A stretch of 64,000 bases of DNA from Moniliella sp. 'wahieum' (GCA_003971905.1 RSEE01000003.1:1-64000), one strand, 5' to 3'; shown: positions 1-11,885, counted from the first letter of the stretch. Notes: generated by a model from the letters alone, not told the origin. Numbers and translations: made by a program.

Positions 1-29
1 ACCCAACCCTAACCCTAACCCTAACCCTA
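1..29. repeat. Telomeric repeat tract (CCCTAA)n, left chromosome end
   Basis: Window begins acccaa-ccctaa-ccctaa-ccctaa-cccta(g): the C-rich strand of the TTAGGG telomere in the orientation expected at a left end. Confidence 0.9.
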
Positions 30-85
30 GGGGAGGGCCGAGGGTAGATAGCGAGCTACCCGAAGGGGAGAGAGTTATGCCGAGG

Positions 86-468
86 CGATAGCTCGCTATA
101 AAATCGTCCGCTCTATGCAGCATATGCCCTCCGTTTTCCCATCCGACGCCCCGTTCAAAAGTTACACCCCACCCACCCTAACCTAACCCCCCTCACCCAC
201 CCCACCCTAACCCTCACCCCCCTCACCCACCCCACCCTAACCCTCACCCCTCACCCACCACCATGCCTGACACACCCCCCCGACACACCACCATGCCTGA
301 CACACCCCCCGATGGCCTCGACGATAGCTCGCTACGAAATCGTCCGCTCTATGCAGCATATGGCCTCAGATTTCCCATCCGACGCACCGTTGAGAAGTTA
401 CACCCACCCATCCCTAACCCTACCCAACCCAACCCAACCCGCCCTAACCCTAGAGGGGGAGGGGCCGA
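86..468. repeat. Telomere-associated cassette: ~100-bp direct repeat (86-187 / 322-422), each copy ending in variant telomeric repeats
   Basis: cgatagctcgcta..aaatcgtccgctctatgcagcatatg..tttcccatccgacgc..aagttacaccc..ccctaacc occurs at 86 and 322 with a few substitutions. Variant units ccctca/cccaa/ccctaa lie at ~175-260 and ~412-452. The junction motif ccctaaccctag-g(n)aggg(g)ccgag occurs at ~20-42 and ~442-468. Confidence 0.9.
256..312. repeat. ~30-bp tandem duplication
   Basis: caccaccatgcctgacacacccccc(c)ga at 256-283 and 286-312. Confidence 0.9.
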
Positions 469-507
469 GTATACGCCCCCCATACCCCCCCTCCAAACAC
501 CCTGTGT

Positions 508-625
508 ATCCGCGGCCATAGAACTGTGAAAGCACCGCATCCCGTCCGATCTGCGAAGTTAACCACAGTATCGCCCAGTCAGTACTACGGTGGGGGACCA
601 CGTGGGAATCCTCGGTGCCGCGGTT
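508..625 (+). rRNA. 5S ribosomal RNA (basidiomycete type)
   Basis: 118 nt: atccgcggccatagaactgtgaaagcaccgcatcccgtccgatctgcgaagttaaccacagt...ggtgggggaccacgtgggaatcctcggtgccgcggtt. It has the conserved eukaryotic 5S motifs, helix I (ccgcggc/gccgcgg) and helix II (actgtg/cacagt) pair, and an oligo-T follows. Confidence 0.97.
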
Positions 626-626
626 C

Positions 627-631
627 TTTTT
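627..631 (+). terminator. RNA polymerase III oligo-T terminator of the 5S gene
   Basis: ttttt immediately 3' of the 5S end. Confidence 0.8.
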
Positions 632-1552
632 GCCCCCCCTCTTGGTACGTGCCCCCCTCCCGCTCTCCTTTTGCACACCCACCCCCATCGGCAGGGCTCC
701 CCCCGTTCTAATACACCCCGCCCCATCGGCCACCGTTGCGGCGCTACACCCCATTCTACCCCCCATCTTGAACCCCCGCCCATGCCCACAACTCTTCCCC
801 CCGCGCCCCCACGCCGCCCACACTTCCTTCCACCCCCCTCTCCACTTCGTTCTAATACCACTTGGCCGTACCTCCAACGGTTTAGGAGCTACAGCACTTC
901 CCCCGCATGCTTCCCCCTATAGAGCACGTATATAGTCGCTGCCCTGCCCACCGCCCCCCCTCTGTAACCTATAGAGCCCGTATATATACAGTTTTGCGTC
1001 CGGGTGCAGCATCGTGCTTCCCTCGGTACTGTTCACCTTATAGCGTGTACACCCTCGAAGCGCGGCTTGGAATTATAATTAACCCTAGTTCATTCTGTTG
1101 CTGCGGAGTCGCAACCCTAGTGCCCCGTTTGCCAGTGAACTGTGTGTTTTCGGGCCTGCCCCCCATCCTCTCACCACCACCCCCCCCCACCACACGTATG
1201 CCAAAGCATCGCCCTGACCACCGCCTTCAGCATGCGTGTTAACTCTGTCGGATGAGCTCCGCGACGTGACCAATGCCGGGCCATGCACGGCATCGGGCGC
1301 GCAGAGCCACGTTCGATCCGTCCCATCCGGTGCTCATTTCCCTGGGCCATTCGCCCCCTCCCACAACACAGTCTTCCCCTTCCAATTGCCATTTGTGTGC
1401 GGGCGAAGCGCGTAAGCTGAGGAGCGCAACGACATACGGAACGCCAGCTTACTCATCAGCTGAACGCATACCCTGCTTGGAGTAACTAGTAAGTCACCAC
1501 TATTGCTTCGCTTGCTCATCGCTAACTGTCCAATGTGAAGATATGATATGCC

Positions 1553-2300
1553 TTGCGGGATGCACTTGTCCCTATCTACTACGTTGCGAAACCACAGCCT
1601 AGGGATTGGGCTAGGCTAATACGGCGGGGCACGAAGGTTTGTACGACGACGATGCGCCCTCGACAATGCGAGCGGTCCTCCCGCTTTGGGCATACGGCAG
1701 CGGTCTGCCAACAAGCGGCGACTGGGGGCAAGAAGTGCGGCCTGTGCCGCATCCCCGGCCACCGACGCGGCCAATGCCAAGACCTGATTGATGCATAGAT
1801 CAGGGCGATTGCTCGCAAGAAAGGGGTACCCCTGAGCAAGTCGAGTGCAGCGCAGAAGACGTCGTGGCGAACGGGCCGGAGCGAATCGGAGTGGCAGCAG
1901 CGGCTGCTGCGTTGGATGCGTCCCGGACAAGCGCGCGTGGTTCATCTGGAAATGAACGTGGTCGTTTACTACTCCCCTCCGAGTCGGGGGGAGTCTTTTG
2001 GCGGCGGTCAAGACGCCAGCGAGGCCCGCGACAGGGACGATCGTGGTCGTGGGACGTCAATGGGGCCGGTGCGCCGGTCGACGCGGAGGGCAGCGCTCAA
2101 CGCTGTCTTTGCGCGCAGGGCTGTCGTTGCCGAGGCGGCCTTGGTCCCCTTGCCTGGTGGATCCGGCGATGGGCTGGAGTCGGGCAAGGAAGGAGGGAAC
2201 GGTGTGGGAAGCGAGGGGGGTGGATGGAGGGCGAGGAGGCCGACAATGAGGGCGAGGGGGGCAGCTCGGGGCGAGGGCGTGCTCGAGGCGGCCTCTGGTC
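1553..2300 (+). pseudogene. Degenerate ORF with two Gag-type CCHC zinc knuckles (member of the subtelomeric family)
   Basis: CERSSRFGHTAAVC (decayed) and CGLCRIPGHRRGQC (perfect CX2CX4HX4C). The frame continues past one TAG (1796-1798) into AAQKTSWRT..RGRGTSMGPVRRS..AALVPL, which is conserved in the copy at ~18570-18835. Right limit approximate. Confidence 0.6.
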
Positions 2301-2351
2301 TACCCCCCCCCCCGTCTAGCCCCTGGCGAAGCTCCTTCCCAGTGCAAAGAA

Positions 2352-2950
2352 AACAGTGCCATGTTCACCAACGTCGCCTGGGGCACCATGCTAGCCATCG
2401 CCACACACGCTCTCACACGTCGCTCCTCCACCAAGCTCGTCACGTCCACCAACACTGCCACCACAGTAAACGCCACTACTAAGCAGGTGCGTTGTTGCAG
2501 CGTTGGACATACGTCTGCATGCACATCCCGCCTCCCTCCTGCTTCTATTCTGCACCACCCGCGTACTACTCTGCATTGCCCCCCCCCCCAGGCCCAGCAT
2601 ACGGCTCCACGCACCGGGCATATGCCATTTGTCGTTCTTAAGGTGGGCCTTTCGGCCATCCTGTTTGCCCAGTACGTGCCGACTCTGGCGTATCCCCTTA
2701 AAACGCCCTTGCCTCACACCACCGCAAACGTGTCGATCCTGACGTGTTTTCCTCTCTCTCTCTTACTATAGCGGATTCTTCCCTCGTGACCACTACCACA
2801 TCATGGTCCCCGCCCTGCTCGACAACCCACTGCCTATCCTGGGGGGAACTGACGAGCCTGACTGGGAAACCCGGTCGCGTCAAGTGATCCGGGTCAAAGG
2901 GGATACAACAGTGCCATGTTAACCAACGTCGCCTGGGGCACCATGCTAGC
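2352..2950. repeat. 44-bp direct repeat (2352-2395 and 2907-2950) flanking 511 bp
   Basis: aacagtgccatgtt(c/a)accaacgtcgcctggggcaccatgctagc, one mismatch. Confidence 0.95.
2835..2905 (+). ncRNA. Degenerate type I hammerhead ribozyme-like motif
   Basis: Core CTGACGA 2849-2855; stem II GCC-tgact-GG (one C short); GAAA 2866-2869; stem III ACCCGG-TCGC/GTGA-t-CCGGGT; GTC cleavage triplet 2893-2895; distal stem I TATCCT/GGGATA. Proximal stem I does not pair. Confidence 0.5.
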
Positions 2951-5900
2951 GGGGATGCCCTTGTGGAACATCACATACGAGTCAGTATCAATAGGCGCCG
3001 ACCAACGCGACCCTCGATGTTATTGTCTCGCTACTGTCTCTCGCCGGCCTATCTATCTGCAACCCGCCAAGAAACGGTTTGCCACTGCGTAGGAGCGACT
3101 CTGGCATGAAAGTGGTGGCAAGTAGCCGCTGCAGCCCTTTTATGAGTCCCCATCGGCCCTCATACCGCCCTGGCCCAGCTCTGTCTGGAAGGACGCAACT
3201 GAGTGCCGATGACTATGCCCCGAATCGGCAGTGGTTGGACGAACGGCTCTCCCCAGCCCTGGCGACTTTGGATGATCTCAAGAAGCACGATCAAAACCAC
3301 AATCTGTGCCACAGTGGCTGTCCTGGCTCACTGTATCGGTACGTTCGATGACGTCCATCCGTTGGATGCTCTTCTTCCTTCTGCACACCGCCGCGGTAAC
3401 AGGTGCGACGAAAGGGAGTGAAAGAGAGAGAGAGAGCGCGAGGAGGAAGAGGTGCTAACCCGCACATGTCTCATGAGCAGATGAGGCACCATCCCAACTC
3501 TCACAACTGCGCAAGAATGCACGCTCTTTACCCGATACACTGTTGATCTCAATGTTGTACCTCAACTCCCGTCTTGGTCAGCACACCACGGGGGGGCGGG
3601 GACCACAACGTGTTACAACAACTGGAATGATACGGAGGACCAACTGGCGTATCTGGCGGCCAAGAACGTACGTATACGATCATGGTCTTTTCAGGGTCGT
3701 GGCGCAGCCCCACTAGAGAAAGAACCGGAGGGGATGATATACTTACTGGATTCACTTTGCTTAACAGTTTGACCAAGCTTCGCAAGATGCCGAGGACTGG
3801 ACCGCCAAGTTGTTTGTGCCATGGAAGGCGCTGCCCACCCCGCGAAGGAGCAGCCCCTTGAATGATAGAGTTGCCTCCTTTGACTGGACCACTATGCATG
3901 GTTCAGTGTTGACGAGCACCTCAGTGGTTCATCCCTTGCCGCTCTTCTACCTTGCTCCAGCTACGAATGTTCCTCTTGACGGGATATCAGGGCGTGGCAA
4001 GGCTGCCATCGGCACTGGTGTTCGGTTTATGACTGTCGCTGCCCTGCTGGCCCATTGTGATGGCGGTACGTTACCTACATTCTCTTGTACAGTCCAAGTT
4101 ACTAACAACCAAAGCAGATCAAACACCGCACCATAAGCAACTGGGACGCGCGTACTCAAGCAACGAGGAACCTGCCTGGATCAATACCCCTTTTCCAGGC
4201 ATACGAGGTACGCGGTGGCCATGGACGCACTGCCCCACTTGACGATGGGCAGCTGCACTGGCAAAAAAGTACCCGCTCCACTCCCCCTTCGGTGGGGTCT
4301 ACTCGGACGATCCTCATTGCCATTTGGCCGGGCAGGGACGTGCGAAGGGGGTGTCGGACCTGCATCCGGGTCTTTTAGCGGCCGGGCGCTGCCCCTACGG
4401 GATAGCCAGCTGCTTCTGGGCAACATGGCGGACGCCTTTAACGCCGTCTGCAGCGCTTCCGGCTGCAGTGCGGGTCTGGAGCGGCTGCTGCTCGTGCGAA
4501 AGGGAGAGACTAGGTTGGTAGTTTTTCTTGGCCGCAACGAGAGATGTTAGGCGACACACAGCGAGCACCCCGACGAACAACAACAATCGACCGCCTCGGC
4601 GCTCGGCGCCCTCGCGAGTCCGAGGAGCAGCTCGCAGGGCAACGCCATGGACATGGCCTCGACGCGAAGCAGCTGCAGAGCATGGTGCTGGGCGGGACAA
4701 CGGCCAAGGGGGTAGCCCAATGGCTGCTGCGGCGGGGACAACGGGGACGACGGCGGTGGAGGCGTGAGGGGGGGACGAGACGCGAGGGGAGGCAGGATGC
4801 ACACCAAAAGGCGCGCTGCGTGTCGGATGGGCGGGTCGGTAGACAAGGCGCCGCTTGCGTGGTCGCTTTGCTGCCGCGTGGCAAACGCCTACTGCTGTCC
4901 CCAAGAATCGCAGCGCAGGTTGGTTCGTGGCCAGGTAAGGACGGGCCAGCCAAGGAGCGGGTACGTGGGCCGGAAAGCCGCGCGCGGCGAGGCCAGTGGC
5001 GGGAGCGTGGTGCCGATATGGGTGCGGGTGCCCCTCTCGGCACAGCGCTGGGCCGTCGGTCTCGCGGCGAGCGTTGCGTCGTCGCGTGTGGCCGCCGCGT
5101 CGGTTGGCGCGCCCACGCTGTTGCATTCATCCACATTGGCTGCGACCCCACCTGCAACCCTAGCACCGCGCTGAATTTAATCTCATCGCGGGGGGGGTTT
5201 TGCTTGTGCCACCAACCAGCACTTCGGGCCGCTGCTGCAGCTCGTGTCCTAGCTTCTTCTTTTCTCGCTGACACCAAGACGGATGTGCTCATGGCGCCCT
5301 TGCCTCCGCTTCTTGCTGCCCATCCTTGTCCATGCAGCTCCCGATGCAGGCATCGGAGGGGGCCTTGTGGCGGGCGGCGGCTGGGACGAAGGCCTAGGCG
5401 ACTGACTCCAGCAGCAGGCCGAGCAAGGCGCGCTGTTCCCTCACCCTCCCATCGCGAGTCATCGGTACGACGAACCTGGCCTTCTGTGCAACCGTGGCTC
5501 GTGTCCTTCCCGATTCGGCTGCTTCTGCTCAAAGCGCGGTCGACACGATGCGTGGCGGAATGCAAATCAACCTGAAGGCGGCCCACCCTTGAGGTACTGA
5601 CAACTGGATTGTGTGTGTGTGGAAACGAGGGCAGCAGTAGGGATCGTCCACTTCCCTTTGCTGGTCAGCAACATGCATCACGCACACCTCTCAGAGCCAG
5701 CAGCGCCCCAACCAAACGCAACACCACTCGCAGATGATTCATTTGCCCGTATTTGCCGCCCTCCCATTTGCGTTGTTTTCCACATTGGCCACCGGCAGCG
5801 CGCCAAGCTCACTCCCCGATGGAGCGCCGACAATCTGCTTGTATCGATTTTAGTTTTCTCCCCAAATCGGCCGTGCTTGGGCTCCCAAGAACAACCATTT

Positions 5901-8399
5901 GCCACAAATTGGCTTGGTGGCAACTGGCGTGCCCAGAAGAAGTGGAACCCTTGCCTCTGAGTAGCTGTGCGTGCGTTTGGGCTTGTCGGAGTGGCGTGAA
6001 GCACCAAGTTTTTGCCACATCAACCTTTGGAGTATTCTTGCCATGGGTATGGGCTTACTTTGGAACGCGGGTGCAATAATGACGACAATCCGGTTTTTGC
6101 CAGCAGTTGCCTGGTAACGTGGGGTTGGATATGGGGCCCTCCATTGCTGTGAGGCTGCTCGTCCCACTGCTTCCTCCATCGACGAACGAGGCTGGGCTCT
6201 TATCGCTCATGTCCTCCATGGCGGTGTTGCGACCAAGACGGGGTTACGCTTCCGTCAAGGTACACTGTGACGCGGTGTGGCATCTCGTCGTTCTGCTTCT
6301 GTTGCGTTTACATCCGCAAAAGCCTATCGCGCCACCGCCTTCCTTTCGGCCTTATGGCCACGCCGGATGCTAGACGTGCGAATCCTTTTTCGCTGTCTTG
6401 CGCGGCGCTGGTACCGCTCTACCGACTATGTGTTTTCTGGTACGAAAGCACCCATGCCTTACTCTGCAGTGATGTACTGACCGGCGCACTAAACAGGTAC
6501 AAATATGCTTGCCGGAGCCGAATCGCCGATGGAAACAAGAAAATGATCTACCCACCATCTGCAGAGGTATCGCCTCCGCACCAGATTCATCACCCCGCCA
6601 AGCAGCGACAACTTCGGGTGGTAGCGGGGGGGCTGCCAGGTCCCGCCGCCTACGTGGACCGGGGGCGCTCCCAATAACACAATGGGCACGCTTTGCAAGA
6701 GAGCTTGGGGTCTATTATAACGACGTGGGTCGAACCATGGCCAGCGCATACTGAGACGTGTCGATGAAGGAGACGCGCATCCGGAGATGGCCTCACTCAC
6801 TCTTGAGGAATGGGGGCAGCATGGTGATGTGAGACCAACAAAAGGAGGAGCTGTGCTACTGATCGCCCCTCAGGATGTACCTAGTCGCGGCGCACACTTC
6901 TCTGGTGATTGGCCATCAGGATAGGCACAGCACGCCACCTTCATTGGTGTCGGTGTCGATGCTTGTACGTGGTCCATATTCTTCTGTTATGGCCCAAGTT
7001 GCTGACATTTCTCATTGGTCAGGCCCAGCACTGGAGGCAATCGGGTCGCACGCGTCATGCAGCCCTCCAACTCGTCACGTCAACGCCCCCCAGCCAGTCG
7101 TTCAAAGCACCAATTGAGGGTATGCCGATACGCCACTTCCCTGTTGCCCATCTGCGCTGCACCACAAGCCAAGGCAAGGCATGCTTCACAGCCCCGCAGT
7201 TGTGCCTTAATGGAAGGCCCCAAGTTGCCAACGACGAGCAAGTACTGTTCGATGCTGTTCTGTTGTGCTGGGCCATTCCGGACACAGAAAACGGGTAGGG
7301 GGCGAGCGGCCGCCGCGGGCTGCCTTCTGCACAGTCACAGCACTTCGAAAGAAGATGGGGGTCGGCGGCGACAGGCTTAGCTGTTGCCAGAGAGTACGTT
7401 TGTTGACCGAGCAGGCCGGCCCAGTCGCAGTTCCCTGGCTTACACGTGGACCAGAGGCTCGTCGTGGCCACGCAGGGGGATGAAGGGCGCCGCATCTCGA
7501 ACCCTGAAGAGGATGACGGTGTGGTTAGCGTCAATGAACCTCGCTCTCGATCGAATATTGATGATTGATGCGACGCTTCGCTCGCCGCGCTCGCCGGTCG
7601 GGTGGGCTGTCGACCACCCCCGAATCAGGGCCGTGTCGGAGCGAAATATCAGCGTCGCTCTTCTGTCTACCACTCCCTGATCATTCGCCACTACCTCATC
7701 AATTACATTTCCTCGTTCCCCCTCCCCCCACCCTCAACCCCTGCTGGGCCAGGTACCCACACGACGAGCTCCTGGTACGGCTCTTGCGTCATGCCCTTGT
7801 GCTTGCAAAGATAGCGGTTGTCATCGCGACAGCCGTCGTTGAGCAGCGGCCCAGTTAGTCGCTCGAATTGTCTCGTTCCACCTGTCCCGCAACAATCAGT
7901 ATCCCAGCGAGCGCATGTGTACCGCAGGTCCTAACCAAGAGAAGCAAGGCGGCGGGTATGCCATCCCGTCAACCTGGTCTGGCTTAATGGCCGTCTCACT
8001 ATTTTTGTCCCAAGTGGATCTAAGCTGTCTTGCTCGTGCTTGCTCGTGCCTTACGTGCACATCTAAGGCGCATCATCTTGGGGAATTCGTTGCTGACACT
8101 GCATCCCGGGAGCCCAAACATGTCCATTCATTCCTTGGGCTGCCCGGCATATATCGCAGCGATCCCACTACACAGACGCCTCTGAACCCCACCGCTCAAG
8201 GGGCATCATTCGCTCATTCGCCATCAAATGGCCGCGTAGCGGCTGCAATGTTGGGGACTGGTTCCGCTATTCTTCCAGTGCGGCGGCGCAGCTTCATGAG
8301 GCCCTGGTACTGTTTGCGTGCAGTACTGTACACCTTGTCCATGCCCTTCAAATGTGGCGCGAGGTCGCTGCTGTTACCAACGATAAGATTACCTGCTGT

Positions 8400-11300
8400 C
8401 GATATGGGCGGTTTATCTGGAACACTTGGTGTGCACAATCGTTTTGACGAAGCTTGCTGGTTCCCATTGTGGTGATGGTACGTTGCCCCTGCTCTATTGT
8501 ACTCTTGTGGTGCGAGGTACTGACAACCACAGACCAAACACAGTACCAGCAGCAACTGGGACGAAAGTGCTTGCCCAAAGAAACTGGCTGAATCGACGCG
8601 TACGCGGTGAAAGTGCCAGCACTGCTCTGCTTGACGATGGGCAGCTGCCCTCGCAAGGCAAGTGCGCGCACTGCTCTCCCCTATGTTGTACGGAAGGTGC
8701 GGGTTGGGCTTTGGGCCGCAAGAGACGTGCGCAACCAGTGTCCGACGCGCTCCACGCGCCTGCTTCAGCAGCTGTGCACCAGGCCTGCGTGGAAGCGAGC
8801 TGTGCCTGGCCAGCACGGCGGGAGCCTTGCCGCCGTCGGCAGCGCTCCCTGTTGCAGTGCAAGTCTGCAGGGCTGCTCCGGCGGCAGCGGACGCATGCCG
8901 AGCAGCCCCGCAAGCAACCGCACTCGACCGTCTTTGCGCGAGACGTGCAGAAAGAGCTGCTCCCGTCGGGGGTTAATGTTTAACGTGCGTTTGCCGCCGC
9001 GCTTGGCGCGCAGAAGTTCCTCCACCTCGGCCGCGGCCATACCGCCCAAGCCTAGCCCCGCGCCAATTCTAGCCTGGCTGCGTTTGGGACCGGTTTGCCT
9101 CTCCACGACCAACATGCTGGGACTCTGCTATGCCTCGTGTCCTTGTTTCCTTCATCCTCTCGCTACCCGCCAAGCCGGATGCGTGCTCACGGGGGGGGGC
9201 ACGCCCCTGGGCACCACTTTTTGCTGTCCATCCTTGTCGATGCAACACCCGAACTGGCTGCGAGAAGGCGGTTGCGTTACCGAGGTCGACACGATGTGCA
9301 GTGGTGGAATGCAAATATACTTGGAGGCGGCCCACCCATGGGGTACTGTGACTTCGATGGTGGCGATTCCTGTACGTGTTCATACCCTTCTGCTGGAGCC
9401 CAAGTTGCTGACATTTCCCATTAGCTGGACGCCGCTGCAGAGGCACTGTGTGCGTACTCCAGTAGCCCTTAACTCTCGCGTCGATATCCCCCAGCCAGTT
9501 GTGCAAGGTGCAGATGCAGGGAATATTGGCAAAAGCAGGGCACGCTTCCCGCCCCTTGCGGATGCGCCGGCAGTGAACGCCTCCACAGCTGGCGAAGAGA
9601 CGATGCTGCTCGATGCTGCTGTGTCGCGGGACGGGTGCGTAGAACCGGCCCGGGGGGGCGGGCGCGGCTGCTCTTAATTCCCTCGTTGGACTCTGACGAG
9701 GATGGAGACGGGTTGATGAGCCTCACTCTCGATTGGATACTAATCATGATGTGACTGCCTCGCTGGACGCTTGTTTATCAGGTGGACTGGCGACCACCAC
9801 CTAACCCGAGCTGTGCCAAAGTGAATCCTCCACCTCGCCCCTTTTGTTCGCCGCTCGTAGCAGGGCTGGGCCCCATTGCGTCTCCCTGTGTTCTCCCTTC
9901 CCCAACTCGCGGCCCCCACACCTCCGCTGCCCCCACAGACGCCAGCTCATCTCCCACAGTGGCTGGGCGTTCCTCAACATGGAAGCGCATTGATCCCCAC
10001 CCAAGACTTATGGAATGGGCCCGGCCTGGTTCCAGCAGCAGGTCCAAGCTCTTCTCAGACGCACTCCCGGCACAGACCGCAAAGACCTCCACGATCCACA
10101 ATCCCTTTCACACGGCGAACGCATTCCTCGCCTCATGCTTGCTGCCGCCGACCATCAGCGCATTTCATACTAAAGCCAAAAACGATGATCTTCACGGCCC
10201 TACTCAATACCGGGGTCATGATTCTCTCTACTGTTTTACATGTACGACGACGATCCCCACCCACACTTCCTCTGGTATAATGTACTGACCGACGCGCTTG
10301 TGCAGGCCCGAACGTACAGGCACGGGTATGCAGACGGGGATGGACCATCAAGAGTGTCCGAGAACTAGGGCAAGGACATGGATCAAACCGCTGCCCGCTT
10401 TTCATTTATGTCGAAGATGTTAGCGGTTCTTTTGGAAGCTGCCAAGTCATATGCTTCCAGGCTCCGCCTCGTCTTAGGCTACTATCCTACTGCTGCATAT
10501 TAGAACTTTCTCCCTCCTCCCAGATGGGAATCAAATCCAAGGGAGAGTGGGGCAGATTGTGCGTCGGCTGGACATTTCGTCACGAACGTGATCGAGGCAA
10601 AGGGTCCGAGCAAGAAAAGGTTCCAAAACGCAGCGTACAAGATGTGCAAACGCAACGTGCCAAGATCGTGGGCTTCAGCATTGGGACTAGTATCACCTGA
10701 CTGATGTTCTGCAGGCCAAGAATGTGGATCAAACCGCTCGCTACCTCTGCCTGAAATCCCTCCCGTTGCCCCACGGGTTGTTCATTTTGCGGTTCGCGCT
10801 TGCAGCAACCCCTCCACCATCGTTTCGCTCGAGCGGAGAAACGAATCTGGCACGGGCCAAACTCCCGTGGGTAGGTGAGCAGCAATGGCACGAGGCAAGT
10901 CATCCGGGGCGACGATCGGGGCAATGTGGTCGGTCAATGGTAGGACCAAGTTGGCATCCTGATGCCCGTCGCTTTGGGCGGATCACTTTTGCTCTTTCCT
11001 CTTGGCTTTGCTCCACAGGCCAACGCATCAACTTGGCAGCGAGGCGAACGTATGGGTGGACCAGGTGATCGGCAGCCAACCAGAGGAATTCGATCCCACT
11101 CCTCGTCCTGGCACAAGAAAAAGACGACGGTTTTGCTCGCCCGCCAGCATACGAAGCTGCTGCCTGCTGTGACTACATCGCTCGGCTCTGGCTGATCGAG
11201 AAAGCAGAAGCGCTCAATCCCAGCTGGGGGTCGGTGGTGCCCTCAAATCCAGCGTTCACATTTCCTGGCCACGGGGTCATGACGGGGTTGCGGGACATTC

Positions 11301-11885
11301 CGGGCACTATGGTAGAGCCCGAGCCATTCAACAACCCGCAGTGATCGGGCGCTCCTACGCCACTGTCACCCGCGCTGAGATCGCGATGGCAAACGCAGGT
11401 GCTCCAAAGAGCCCATCCATATCCAAGCCTGACCCCTTCGTCCTTTGGAGACAAGACGCGCAACGTCTATTCTACGTCGTATTTGCCATCCGCTCGCCGT
11501 CGTCCCTCAGGCACACGCGCTGTGTAAGGAGATGAACACCTTGTTCGACGCGGAGGCCAAAGCAAAGCACCAACGTACAATCCTTTTGTGCAACGGGTGC
11601 CTAGCTCTGTTCCCTTGGTCTTCCCTGCGGGTGACTCCTCCGTGGTTACACTGCCGCTGTGAGAGCTAAGGTATAAGGGGCACCCATCCAACCGCGCCCC
11701 TGTAAGACATGTATCAAGGTGCTTTGCTTGATTTCCCTGCCGACCACGTTGCAAAACCACAGCCTAGGAGCCAGACTATGCATTGTGTTTGGCTGCCCAA
11801 GAATGCAAGACGAGCAAGATGTGTATCCGCAGAACGTTCTGGGCTGCGTACGCTAGTTTGGCCACAAATGTATCCAAGGCACTCT
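8400..11885 (+). repeat. Subtelomeric degenerate repeat family, copy B
   Basis: Colinear with 14890-17950 at ~6.0-kb offset. Anchors: 8971/14971 (ggttaa.gtttaac.tgcgtttgccgccgc), 9713/15683 (ttgatgagcctcactctcgattggatactaatcatg), 10364/16331 (actagggcaaggacatggatcaaacc), ~11035/17019. Confidence 0.85.

Larger units (their letters stand above)
1550..7800 (+). repeat. Subtelomeric degenerate repeat family, copy A
   Basis: Segments align by eye to other copies: 1850-2150 with 18570-18835; 3940-4440 with 8460-8830 and 19040-19700; 6110-6670 with 13820-14345; 6960-7190 with 14645-14845 and 9370-9550; 7500-7640 with 9690-9800. Limits approximate. Confidence 0.75.

Noticed and set aside
86..468. 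CRISPR-like repeat-spacer array
   Set aside because: Eukaryotic context, only two long repeat copies, no regular spacers and no cas genes.
1412..1460. 8-bp stem gtaagctg/cagcttac next to CTGATGA (minus) and CTGAGGA (plus), resembling a hammerhead
   Set aside because: No GAAA after stem II on either strand and no stem III or NUH site.
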